NCBI RefSeq assembly: GCF_001194135.2
Contig: NC_069003.1
Span: 22,640,142-22,704,141 of the forward strand
From: Octopus bimaculoides
Taxonomy: Eukaryota
Length of the DNA stretch: 64,000 nt
Direction: 5' to 3'
The translations under genes were made by a program, and so were the position numbers. Positions within the stretch are counted from its first letter, which is position 1. Every line of letters begins with the position of its first letter. The notes below the pieces were generated by a model, which did not search any database, was not told the origin of the DNA, and was given only the letters and a program-made list of their open reading frames with translations. Shown here piece after piece: positions 38,975 to 52,254 of the stretch.

Positions 38975-39946
38975 TAATAAATAAGTACCAGTCAAGCACT
39001 GGGATTGATGTAACTGACTTACTCCCTCCCCAAAATTTCTGGTCTTGTGCCAAAATTTGAAACCAATATTTAACAAGGTAATCTAGCATACATAAGCTTC
39101 ATATCTTTGCAGACCTATCATCAAAGACGTTTTGTGACCATCTTGCTTTTATCCTTTTTTATTTTTAAGCATATCTAGGTATCTTTGGATACCTAGGACC
39201 ACTTTATCCAATACCTTTTTTTCTTTTTTAAAGATGTTATGATGTGATTTGAGGTAGATTTCGGTGCTATTTCAAACAGGTCCTGTAACCATATAGATGC
39301 TCCCCTTGCTTGAAACCATTTCAATGTCTTACTGAGAGTCTTGAATAGCATCAATTTCCATGTCAAAGGAAGCCTCTATGCCATTGCACAACCTTCCTAA
39401 AACAGCAACCAAATCACCCTCAGACTTCATCTTCTTGAATTAAAAATGGACCAGTATCCTATGTAACTTAGTCTTGGATATATACGAGCTCAGAAAGAAG
39501 ATGGGAAAAGTTATTGCATAAATCTTGAGGTACAAATTTATGGATTGCACCTAGATATTTGGCTAACAATTTATATATTACTGATCTGCTAGAGCATTGG
39601 TGATCGGGGGTTACAAGTTACAAGATTAACAAGACAAATGCAGAAACAGACAAGACAATGAAGACAGAACAACAATGGCAAGACAGACTGGAGCAACAGG
39701 AAATGAAATGCCATACTCAAGGGCACAAAGTGTCACCTGGTTCAAAAATTGATCCCATGACTTTAGGACCCTAAGTCAAATATCCCAACCACTAGGCCAT
39801 ATGCCAAACCAGAATAAGCACCACAAGGCATTTTGTACAAGGCTCTAACACTTCTGCCTTATTCACTGCAATCAATGATGAATGAACCTGCTCAAACCAT
39901 TAGAACACTGTTGTTCTTCAACACAAATTTTATCTTGTGAACTCAC

Positions 39947-39977
39947 CTTCATCCAACATATACATCCATAAGTATAT
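39947..39977 (-). CDS. Candidate exon (IYLWMYMLDE)
   Basis: Perfect donor AAG|gtgagt, acceptor ccccataccag; in phase with 40119-40162. Confidence 0.45.
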
Positions 39978-40118
39978 CTGGTATGGGGATACTTTGGAAT
40001 GGAGGTTACTGGTAGATTTTTGTTATCTCATACCTCTTTGATTCAGTGTTGGATGTTTGTTATACATATAACATTAAATATAAAATAAAACAAAATTATT
40101 TAGTATATCGATTCATAC

Positions 40119-40162
40119 CAGTATAAATACAGAGAAAATTGACTTATAATTCACCAGAATAT
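40119..40162 (-). CDS. Candidate exon (ILVNYKSIFSVFIL)
   Basis: Very strong acceptor ttttctgttcgtttttcag, donor CTG|gtatga; only phase 1-0 is open. Confidence 0.45.
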
Positions 40163-41756
40163 CTGAAAAACGAACAGAAAAAATTATTTCATAGAAGGCC
40201 AATGGGAGCCAGTTGGACCCCAATGACCATATTTTATGCTATAACATCCATATGACTGGAAATTTTCAGCTCAAAATTTGTATGTGTATACATAAACTAT
40301 TGACAATAAGAGTCATGAGATATAAAATCATTTAAATAAAAAAAAGTAGAAGTTGCATAACTTAAAATTTGCTGGGTTCCCAAGGGACCCTGCTGGCCCA
40401 TGAAGGGTTAAAAGCTGCACTCTCGGTGGACTTTTAAACTAACTCCTGCAGAGGGCTAATTGGGCCTGCAGTCCAAAACTAAAGAGCTAAACAGCATGAC
40501 TTTAATATGTCTGTAATGACTGTATGCCCTGGTGGTGTTTGATCAAAGGCTAAGGATGGATGAGTATGAATTCTGTAATGCAATCATTCTATTGTTCCAG
40601 TCCCAAGTTGGATTCCATCTGTTGGCCAATTTGTCCCAAAGTTCTTATCTCAAATTAAAATTAAAGAAACAAATATTACTTATTTCCCCTTTGATCTCTG
40701 ACATCATCTGACAAATGCCAACCAAGATGGTGTGAACCAGCCAAGCTTTACCTGCTAGAAATAGCAACCTAAATGCTTTTAAATCAGATCCCAATGCTGG
40801 ATGTTCAAGAACCAAATGAAGGGCAGATTTTCAATCCCAGGATCATCCTGATTCCAAAAAGGTATAATATGTTTATGTAGAGCAAATGCAGATTGAGATA
40901 CAGGGGTCCCAGACAGACAGAATTTCCTGATTATTAATATAGATTATTTATTAGTTTGTTTCAAATATTTCAAGCCTAACCTACTCAACATTGTAGAAAT
41001 AGTAATTAATTAGATCTCCCTGATGCACCTCTTACCATTTTAAAGAAGAGAACACATTAAATAATGTCCTAAATATATTGTATCTGAAAAAAATATAATT
41101 GGAATGCCTTTAATGCTAGGCATGCTCATTCAGGATTGACTTGAGACTGTCAACAACTATTTTTGTATAAATATGTAGTATTTTTTAAAAACTTATTTTA
41201 TCATAGAAAATGTAATCATTTATGAATATGAACCCTTAACAGGAGCCTCTACATCAGTTATGGGCAACTTACAGTTTGTGGGTCTTCCTGGATAGCAAGC
41301 CTAATGAAAAATTACCTTTAGTTTTTTAGTAGTGCATCCCACCTAATGTTGAGTCATGTTTCATGTGACTCACTTCCTGAAAATGATTGCCCATGCCAAA
41401 TAAAGTACTCTTCTAGGGTGGTGGGTTCAGTGGAATTGTTCGTATTGAATGAGATACCTTGTGGTATTTGTTATGGTTTCTTTGTATTTAGAGTTCAAAT
41501 TCCACTGAGCTATTGATGGCTAGAGTTAATCGTCCAACCACTGGAGCAACTCTTCCAGCCATTGGCTAGCATGGACAGGTAGGATTATGACCAGTATGGA
41601 TAAGCCTGTTGTGGCATGCTAAGGCTTTTACCTTGAAAACAGCTAGTTTGAAAACAGTAAATTGAAAACAGCTAGATGGAATGGAAAAATTCAATAATTG
41701 TTTGTACACTATCCTTCACAAATTTAGGCCTCATATAAATGCAAAGAAACAAAGAA

Positions 41757-41792
<36 letters not shown>

Positions 41793-42268
41793 TTTATAAA
41801 GATAGCAAGCTGGCAGAATTGTTAGCACACTGAGAAAAATGCTTAGCGCCATTTTGTCTGTCTTTACATTCTGAGTTCAAATTCTGCCAAGGTCAGCTTT
41901 GCCTTTCATCCTTTCGGGGTTGATAAAATAAGTACTGATTGATCACTGGGGTTGATGTAATCAACTATCTCCCACCCACTAAATTTCAGGCCTTGTGCCT
42001 ATTGTAGAAAGGATGATTATTATTATTGTTATTATTATTATTATTATTATTATTGAGGCAAATTAGTAGAATTGTTAGAACACTGAGCAAAATGTTTAGT
42101 GGCTGCAGTTCATTTATCTTTGTTCTGAGTTCAAATTCTGCTGTGGTCAACTTTGCCTTTTATCCTTTCAGGGTTGATAAATTAAGTACCAGTGAAACTC
42201 TGGGGTTGATGTAATCAACTTATCCCCTTCCCCCAAATTGCTGCCTTTGTGGCAAAATTTGAAACTAC

Positions 42269-42324
<56 letters not shown>

Positions 42325-42325
<1 letters not shown>

Positions 42326-44760
42326 GTTGTTTTATATGAGCTGTTCCAAGTATCACCTCAAAACCCTCAAATAACAAGTTGGATGTATTGCTATGAAGGT
42401 TATTTATTAACAATGATGTATTGTAAGGGAAAGAGACTAGAATCTGAGAACCAAGGTTCTGTTAAATTGGTAATATTTCAGTTTTGAAAGTGTTTTAAGA
42501 GTATTTGGTATTTTCAGGTTGCTGATATTTTCCTTAGGATGTTGTTCTGATTCTTTTGGGTTTCCTGGTATTTGGTCATATTATTTAAGAGTGTCATTTG
42601 ATATTGCCACCCAGAGCTTTGATGATCACAAGTATAGGTGTTGTTCTTAGATGCCAAATTTTTGAGGCCTCTATTTCAAGGTCCTTGTATTTCCTTAACT
42701 TTTCGAATGTTTTTACTGAAATGTTGCAGTTTTATAGGATTGACATCTTTATGAGTAAATATGTTTTGTCAACATCATTTTTTTTTTACCATGTTATCTG
42801 GTCTGATGGCCTGAATAGGTAAATCAGTTTGAATAATAAAGTTTAAAAAAACAGTGTTATCTTTATTTTCTACTACTTTGGTAGGCTTATGTTCCCATCA
42901 GTTATTCTCATATAGCAGTCCAGACTTAGAGTATATGATCCAGTGTAAATACTAACCAAGTCTATCATGGTGATTAATATATTCATTTGAGGCTGACATA
43001 AAACATCCAGAAATGAGGTAGTCAATAGTCAATTGTTTTTCTGGTTGCACCACAAAGGCAACAAGCATGTCCAGCACCACTTTAAAAAATGCTTGCTTGA
43101 TAATTTCTGGTGGGTAAACACTGATCCTGAGCTGTTATAATGAAGACCTCTGTCTTTGAATTAAGTCCAGATGGCTCATATTTGTATTAACATCAGGATT
43201 GTTGCCCCATGTAGAGCATTTGCCATACAATGCCTAACTTTTCCCTCTATTTTGCAGCTTTGGGACTCCATTTGATTTGGCCTGTATTTTTATTTGTTTT
43301 GCTTTTACAGTGGGTTCTTCTGTTTCATCTAGTTATGCTTCAGTCTCATTGATTTTTAACTCCTTTACATATTTCTTTGCTTCTTCTGACGTTGAATACA
43401 GTTTCTTGGACTTTTCATACTTATAGACAAGTTTAAGCATTCAGTCAGTGGTTTTCTTGAGATATGTGTCTAACAATATGGAGAGACAGTTGTAGTTGCA
43501 TCAGTCTATGTTCTCCATCCTTTCATAGGATGTATAGTCTATTTATATCTTCCTTTGGGTGATGCATGTGGTATGTTGTGAAAAACTTGAGTATCTTTGT
43601 GTCTATTTTTCTGATCTCAGGATGGACCATTTTATGATGTTGAAGCTGCAGGTCACAACAGGAATAGCTAAGGTATTGATTGCATCAACCCTATTTCTCT
43701 GATTAAGTTCAGTCATTAAGTTCTCTAGATAACATTCTTTCCATTCATTTTCATGCATTTGTGAGCGCTAGATTCCATTCACACACATACACCTAAACGT
43801 TTGTAATTATTTTCAGGATCTAATTTCTCGATGATGGTAGACTGGTCTATCTGTTTGTTGTATATTTTCAGGAATTTTCCTTTGAAGAATGTGGCTTCAG
43901 CACATTTATCAAGGCTGAATTACATTCCAATATTGTTACTGAACTGTTTTACTACAGTTAAAAACTATTCCAGTTGTTATCATCTTTCATGAAAAGCTTT
44001 AGATTATGCATGTAAAGGAGGTAAATAACCCATGTTTTGTGTCATTCAACAGTTTACTTGGGGGAATGAGAGCCATGCAGAAGAGTAGTGCTGATACAGA
44101 ATATCTTGAAAAATGCTGCATTTTATGTCAATGTCACCAGTATTCATAGTATCTGTTTCTGAATTCAGTGTAAGAGTTGTTTTCCATTTCTTCATATGAT
44201 TCGACAGAAAATTACCAATAACTGGAGAGATCTTTATATACTTCCAAGCATTTCTCAATCCAGCTATGAGGAAAGCTGTCAAATACATTTTTGCAATCAA
44301 TCCATACAAAAGAAAGATTTTTGTGTCATTTGTGGAAGTCCTCAAGAATCATTCTGTTTACAACAATATGAGCCATGTTTACAGCCTTTTTGTTCATTGG
44401 GAGGGAAAATATGTGTATTCAGCAATGACAGATGTTCCATGGTTGTAAGACATGTAATTGTTACTTTTGGGGAGTAAGTCATTTCATTTACCAGCCAGGG
44501 AGGGATTTTCCTGGGGTCATGTATAATGCCATTGTATAAGTTTTTCCCATGAGATTCGGGGAAAAGCATTCAGCCAGAAGTTAAGGATTTTATCTTTCCC
44601 AAGTGATTTCCATTTGCTGGATTTTCTCAGTGAAGTACTGAGATCTTCAACAGATATCTTTCCACATTTGCTCCTCATATGTTCAGAATCTCTGACTTGT
44701 TGCTGAATCGAAAGAACATCACAACTGTGTTCTTTAGGGTGCAACCAGATCTATTTCCAA
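42325..44760 (-). mobile_element. R4/Dong-like (RLE-type) non-LTR retrotransposon relic
   Basis: RT region NHMKKWKTTLTL...DIKCSIFQ; C-terminal KIWHLRTTPILVIIKALG; 3' end abuts a (TAA)n tract. Confidence 0.75.
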
Positions 44761-44799
44761 AACTACTGTACTTCCTCCTCAGTGGGCATGATTTTAATA

Positions 44800-45570
44800 G
44801 TTATATTATTATCCTTTTCACTCAGTAGCTCCTGGAATCTTGCAGGAATAGCAAGCTTGCTACCTGTTCTCTTTAACGATCTAATACTTCCCTGATGATT
44901 CTGGCCATGCAATGGAGACAAACTTTATGTGACAACTCTACTAGACATTCTATTCCTATTTCCTTTATGTTTCTTTCAATATCTTTTGATATTGTCCCCA
45001 AGGCCCCAACGAAAATCAACACTAGCTTCACCATTTTTATCATCCACAATCGAGCTATCTTGTATTTAAGAGGATTGCATGCATCAACCTCCTTGCCTTC
45101 CTTCTTAACTACTTGTGGGTCAAATGGGCATGCAAATTTAGTTACAAAGCTCATGTGGTTTACTTTGTCCACCACCACTAGGTTTGGTTTGTTGTGCTCA
45201 AGAACCTGGTCTGTTTGAACTGAGACATCCCACAGGATTTTGCAAGTCTCTGATTCACTCACTCTCTATGGTTTGTGGACATACCATTGTCTTACCTCTC
45301 TCTAACTCACACTTTTCTTATAGTGTCCAATGCAGAACATTAGCCACCTCATCATGTCACCACAACTTATACTGGTTTTGGGCAAGTTTAGGGCACTCAT
45401 TCACGATATGGGCAATAATTTCATCAAACCCATTGCATATTTGGCCCAGTGGAGACACTTGCTTATTTCTAAGATGGATCCTCCAGTTTGTGGCCAAAGC
45501 TTGGTCTTGCATTACAAGTATAGTCCTCTTTTTAAGGGCTCCTTTCTTTAATCAATCCCACTTATCTTCT
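44800..45570 (-). mobile_element. Second R4/Dong-like 3' fragment with RLE domain
   Basis: ORF 44873..45262 KILWDVSVQTDQVLEHNKPNLVVVDK...ACPFD...VGALGTI...IIREVLD. Confidence 0.85.
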
Positions 45571-47379
45571 CAACAACAACAACAACAATAATTTCAAATT
45601 TTGGCACAAGTCCAGCAATTTCATGGCAAGGGTTAAGTCAATCACAGTGACCCCAGTATTCAACTGGTACTTATTTTATCGACTCTAGAAGGTTGAAAGG
45701 TAAAGTCGACCGTGGCAGAATTTGAGCTCAGAATGTACAGATGGATGAAATACTGCTAAGCATTCTGTCCTACGTGCTAATGGTTCAGACAGCTCACTGC
45801 CCTATATACAATAATAGTAATAATAATAATAACGATACTTTTTATTAATAATAATACTAATGTGGTGGCTTAGCGGCATTTTGTTCATCTGTATGTTCTG
45901 TGTTCAAATTCTGTTGAGGTTAACTTTGCCTTTCATCCTTTCAGGATCGATGAAATAAAAGTACCAGTTGTGTACTGAGATTGATGTAATTGATTAACTC
46001 CCCTCCCCTAAAATTTCAGGCCTTCTGCTTATAGAAGAAAGGATTATTATTATTATTGAGAAGATGAGTGGTTTCAGTGACAAGTTTTGTAGAATGTTCT
46101 GAGTTTATTATGTTCAGAGTTCAGATTTTACTGAAGTAGCTTTTCTTTCTATCCCTCTAAAGTCAATACCAGTCATATAATAAGTTGATTCAATTGCCTG
46201 TGACCCTCTCCTGTGAATCTGTCACTCTGTGCCATCCCTCACAATAGGGAGCCTAGCTTCCTGAACCTGAATTTCAGCTGTAACCCTTTCCTATAAAATC
46301 TGTAGGTTTGTACCATCCAGAACACCCACCTACCAAGGAGAACCTGAATTTTAAGGTCACCTGAAAAAACGACAACTGGGACCTAATGGATCTCTTGAAG
46401 AATTTGTTTGTCTTTTGGAAACTAAAAGACGAGGAATACTCTGCAAGTTAAAAAGAGATAAGAGGCAAGTACATTAAACACCAAAATGGTAGATGGTTGT
46501 TAAATCCACCACAAAAATACTCTGTCAACAACTAAAAAGGGACACTTGCAGGATTGTTTACCTAAGATTGAAGTTATTGCCATGCATTCAGGAGAATCCA
46601 ACTTGCAGAAGGTGACTGGAGTTATAGAACATCCTACAAGATGGCTTTTCTTTCTTATTCTTTTTTTCTTTTTTGGTGGTGGATGGTTTGCATTTATCTG
46701 TTTTGTGTACTAAATTTTTATCCAGTTTTAATGCAGTCTCCATCTGGTTTTGGCAACAAAGAAAATTTCTTCCTTTCTCTCACTCCTACCTCCCCTCCTT
46801 TCCTCCATCCTCATTATACTGACTCATGATATGCAGTAATTTCATTTATATATTTGAGAGTAACAATTCTTATTGCAATAACCACAGACAAAGTCTGACA
46901 TTACGGGCAGCTGATGTTGTCCATGCTTCTCTTTTTAGTGTCCGCAGTAAATTTCTATCATTCTCTGTGTTTCTTACTCCTGCTTTCATAGCATGTTATC
47001 AACTACAGATATCCGAGCCAAATATTAACCAAAGAAATTATGTCTGGGATCAATGCATGAATCAGTAATGCAGCTACTATGATGACTAGACTGACCGACA
47101 ATCTGGAAGATTATATACTTTGAACACTAAGTTGAAGGTTTTGCAGCTTCAGTGCTGTCCTAAATGGTGATGTGACATGGGTGGTATATATCAGAGGAGA
47201 GATATGGTTAAATACTTATTACATATGATGTAGTCACAAAATCTTGGACATTATATGGGAAGACAAGGTCACTAAATCTGCAATCTTTGGTAAAATAGCA
47301 TCTAAGGTCATATGTGAGTTTGTGCATGTGTGTATATTTACATTCACACATATTTTATAACTCTTTGTGTGACACATTT

Positions 47380-48720
47380 TGTATTCTATATATGGTCTGC
47401 TTCCTACACCCGCATGGGTTGGTTGAGTCATCAGAGTCCGAGTCATTTCTTATTGGGGTTACGCAAGATGTGAGAGGGTGGTAGGGTGGAGACTAATGGA
47501 CAGTACTAGGAACTGGGGTGGGGTAGGGAAGTGGTGTCAGGAGTGTTAATGAGAGAATGTCGGAAAAAGATGAGTGTGGAAAGGGGGGAAAATAGTGTTG
47601 GGATTGGTGGGAGCGATGGGGTGGTTAGGTGGGATGAGTAGGAGGGATGCAGTGCTACCCTACATTATAAACGAGCGGGTAGAGTGGTACATGGTGATGA
47701 GGGAGCTAGAGTATATCCTCTAGGGAAGCTATCCGAGGTGAGGGTGGGGTGAATACTATGATGACTAAAGACTCAGGGAGAGTGTAAAGGTCGCCGGATT
47801 ACAATCCTGCTCCATTCAAACATCGTGATTCACATGAGCAGAGGAAAGAATGGTAGCAAAGATATAAGTAGTGGAGATATGGGGGAGTGAGAGGAAGATA
47901 TTCAATATGCCCAAATTGAGTGTTCTGTTCTTAGTTTTGATTTTCTTGGTATTGAGAGTAGAGGAAATGATGGGGAAGATGAAGGGATATACAGGGTGTC
48001 CACAAAGTCTGGGTACATGTAGTAAATAAAATCATAACATAAAGAATTAAATCATCATCATCATCATCATCATCATCGTTTGATGTCCGCTTTCCATGCT
48101 AGCATGGGTTGGACGATTTGACTGAGGACTGGTGAAACCGGATGGCTACACCAGGCTCCAATCTGATTTGGCAGAGTTTCTACAGCTGGATGCCCTTCCT
48201 AACGCCAACCACTCAGAGAGTGTAGTGGGTGCTTTTATGTGTCACCTGCACGAAGGTCAGTCAGGCGGTACTGGCAACGGCCACGCTCAAAATGGTGTAT
48301 TTTATGTGCCACCCGCACAAGAGCCAGTCCAGGGGCACTGGCAACGATCTCGCTCGAAAATCCTATGAAGACCAGTCAGGCGGTACTGGCAAAAAAATAA
48401 TAATTTCTTAAAGTATGTGTTAATCCCCATGTACCCAGACTTTGTGGACACCCTGTAGAATAGATATGGCTGTAAGGAGTACTCATCAGGTCCAGGTGTA
48501 GCTCTCCCTCACACTCAAGTTGCCACATCCTGGATATTCCACCGGATCAAAAGTAATGAGATAAAGAGTGTGGCTATGTCTGTGCTTGGGACTGCATAAT
48601 CAACAAAAAACAATTAGCAAAAGAATGGGTGATGTTCCCTAGCCATTGTCCAGTCAAAACTGTTGGTTAGATTTACTTACTGTAGTCAATGTGTGATTTG
48701 AGGGCAATCTGAGTGAGTTG
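47380..48720 (-). mobile_element. Second-clade Penelope-like relic, interrupted by a MITE
   Basis: Degenerate PLV.TYHP-like and G.AMG...PS.AN.F-like segments; many frameshifts; limits approximate. Confidence 0.4.
47992..48455. mobile_element. Tc1/mariner-type MITE with perfect 28-bp TIRs
   Basis: cagggtgtccacaaagtctgggtacatg (47992-48019) and its exact reverse complement (48428-48455), TA on both sides. Confidence 0.9.
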
Positions 48721-49515
48721 AATGCCTAGCTGGTAGTTTCCTTGTTGGATCATTAGAATTGTCATATTCATAGATGTGTACATAGTATCAGAATGGATTT
48801 TAACATGTAATCTTCATTCCTGTACTGATTGTACTCTCCACTAGGTCAGTGGTACATGTTTATTCTCTGAGCAGTTTGTTTCAGTGTTCTAGTTTGATAT
48901 TTAGAAAGATTTACAACATCCAGTCCCTTGTTTCAATCCAGTTTGGGACCATTTACAAATTCAGGAATATGACATTTGATGTGATTGGAGATCAAAGTGA
49001 TCATAGTTTGGATGTAAATAATATATTAATCTCTGAAAATGAGGTTAATAACCTAGAAAATTATAATCATACTAGCTGCAACAACTCATCTCAGCAATAA
49101 AAACTTGTCATTTCATGACTTCAGTTTCATTAATTTTCTTTAGCAATATAGTTGAAGTTTGGGGTAGCAAACTGGCAGAATTGTTAGCAGGCTGGGCAAA
49201 ATGATTAGCAGTATTTCGTCTGCTGTTATGTTCTGAGTTCAAATTCTGCCGCGGTTGACTTTACCTTTCATCCTTTCAGGTTTGATTAAATAAGTACCAG
49301 TTACGCGCTGGGGTCAATGTAATCGACTTAATCCCTTTGTCCTTGTTTGTCCCCTCTGTTAGCCCCCCCCCCTGTGGGTAATGAAGAAATAAATATAGTT
49401 GAAGTTTAAATAGGATAAATTTATTCTATGCTGAGTTATTGTAATGGCAACTTAAATTGTCTGTTACTACTTGCTGCATCTCTTCAGTATGCAATAATTC
49501 TGTGTTAAGATAGGC

Positions 49516-49566
<51 letters not shown>

Positions 49567-49853
49567 ATCTATAAAGTTTCATAAAGTGACTCAAAGCCAA
49601 AAGTTTTGTGCCTTGCACTTATCAAACTTTGATCAACAAATGCTTTACTAATATAGCTTTAAAATGAAATTATATATGGTCTACTTTTGCCTATTGAATT
49701 CTATTTCTCTATGTGTGTATGTGTGTTTATAAGCTAATGGTTGCACACATGATAAAGCTAACCTGTATACAAATACTTTACTCAAGTGCTATAAATGTTT
49801 TTAATATTTTTGAGATTTATAGAATATGATGCAATACATAATCTGTGTGTGTA

Positions 49854-49906
<53 letters not shown>

Positions 49907-50727
49907 NNNNNNNNNNNNNNNNNNNNNNNNNNNNNNNNNNNNNNNNNNNNNNNNNNNNNNNNNNNNNNNNNNNNNNNNNNNNNNNNNNNNNNNNNNNNNN
50001 NNNNNNNNNNNNNNNNNNNNNNNNNNNNNNNNNNNNNNNNNNNNNNNNNNNNNNNNNNNNNNNNNNNNNNNNNNNNNNNNNNNNNNNNNNNNNNNNNNNN
50101 NNNNNNNNNNNNNNNNNNNNNNNNNNNNNNNNNNNNNNNNNNNNNNNNNNNNNNNNNNNNNNNNNNNNNNNNNNNNNNNNNNNNNNNNNNNNNNNNNNNN
50201 NNNNNNNNNNNNNNNNNNNNNNNNNNNNNNNNNNNNNNNNNNNNNNNNNNNNNNNNNNNNNNNNNNNNNNNNNNNNNNNNNNNNNNNNNNNNNNNNNNNN
50301 NNNNNNNNNNNNNNNNNNNNNNNNNNNNNNNNNNNNNNNNNNNNNNNNNNNNNNNNNNNNNNNNNNNNNNNNNNNNNNNNNNNNNNNNNNNNNNNNNNNN
50401 NNNNNNNNNNNNNNNNNNNNNNNNNNNNNNNNNNNNNNNNNNNNNNNNNNNNNNNNNNNNNNNNNNNNNNNNNNNNNNNNNNNNNNNNNNNNNNNNNNNN
50501 NNNNNNNNNNNNNNNNNNNNNNNNNNNNNNNNNNNNNNNNNNNNNNNNNNNNNNNNNNNNNNNNNNNNNNNNNNNNNNNNNNNNNNNNNNNNNNNNNNNN
50601 NNNNNNNNNNNNNNNNNNNNNNNNNNNNNNNNNNNNNNNNNNNNNNNNNNNNNNNNNNNNNNNNNNNNNNNNNNNNNNNNNNNNNNNNNNNNNNNNNNNN
50701 NNNNNNNNNNNNNNNNNNNNNNNNNNN

Positions 50728-50764
<37 letters not shown>

Positions 50765-51511
50765 ATATGTGTGTATGATCTTCTGCTCTATGAAATGTAA
50801 ATATAAGCAGAAATGTTATTTTATACCCCACCTTTGTGATAATAGAGTGTAAGTGTTTGTAAATATGTCAACTACCTCCACTGTGAGATATTTATGCAGT
50901 CAGCTGTAGCTAAGTGTCTGACTGGCTGCCTGGTACATAAAATAATTTTTTTCTTCCCTTCACCTTGGCAGCAGTACAAGTTCTCTGAATACCTACTTAC
51001 ATTTACTCGCCTGGGGTTAGCATGTGTAAATGTGTTTTCGTGCACAAACACACACACACACACACACACATTTCTATACGCTTATATTCTTCCAGTCAGT
51101 TGACTGGCCATGCTGGGGCACTGTGTTGAAGAATTTTAGTCAAATGAATTGCTCCTAGTACTTTTTTTTTAAGCTGTTATTCTGTTGATCTCCTTTGAAG
51201 AACATTTAAATTACGAGATGTAAACATACCAGCACCAGTTGTCAAGCAGTGACACACACACCTATCTATACAATGAACTTTAAGTTTCCTTCTACCAAAT
51301 CCACTTACAAGGCTTTGGTCAGCTTGAGGCTGCAGAAGAAAAAATTTACCCAAAGTGCGACAGTGGAACTGAATCTGGAATAGTGTGGCTGGGAAGCAGA
51401 CTTCTTACCACACAGCATGCCTGATGTACATGTAATATATGTATATAATGTGTGTGAGTGCATGTGTGTGTGTGTATGTGTGTGTGTGTGTATTCGTGTA
51501 GGTTAAAGTAG

Positions 51512-52178
51512 TGAGGAAAGGTAAACAATTAAACAAGGTATGACAAAGACATTTAATTTAATTTAATCTAATTTAAATAAAAACAAATAGTAAAAAATAG
51601 TCTCTGACTGCTGTTTCTGGGACATCCCAGCTATTGGAGCATTGTATTGAGCTGTAAGCTGGTTATTCCATCATTGGGGATATATAGATTAAACAGTGGT
51701 GGAAAGGGTGGTTAGATAATACAGCATACTGAGAGGAAGGAAAAAATGGTTATGCAGTGCTCCATATTGAGGGAAAATGAATGCTACAGTTCCAAAGTTG
51801 TGCAAATACTCAGTATTCTTCCCTTCCTTTCACAATGCTGTGCTACCTAACCATCCTTTCTGATCATGGATTTACTTAAAGAAGACCTGATCTAACTGGA
51901 TTTAATTGGACCCTTCCACCCTCCTGGACATAAAGAACCACAACAAATGTTATTGATGAGGAACTTACTCCCACTATTTAACATATATCTCTCAGATGGC
52001 ATAATACTCAACTTACAGAGTCTTTGCTCAATACGATGCTCCAATAGCTGGGATGTCCCAGAAACAGCTGCCAGAGACTATTTTTTAATTATTTTTTACC
52101 ATTCATCATGTTGCTAAATGAGATTGAATTAAATTAAATGTCCTTGTCATACCTTGCCTAATTGTTTGCCTTTCCTCA
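51512..52178. mobile_element. Foldback/MITE with ~140-160-bp inverted repeats
   Basis: Arms 51512-~51665 and ~52010-52178; core ctgtttctgggacatcccagctattggagcattgtattgagc matches the right arm with 1 mismatch in 42. Confidence 0.85.
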
Positions 52179-52222
52179 GTCCTTTTATCTATCTGTCTGT
52201 CTGTCTGTCTGTCTGTCTCTCA

Positions 52223-52254
<32 letters not shown>

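Noticed and set aside
39331-39397. Minus-strand exon RLCNGIEASFDMEIDAIQDS in phase with 39947
   Set aside because: Its acceptor and 5' half match the dispersed gatttggctgctatttctagcagg repeat, so it is probably coincidental, although exonisation is not excluded.
49782-50831. Long ORFs of 300+ aa (also 61598-62531 and 58037-58374)
   Set aside because: They consist of N gaps and (TA)n runs.
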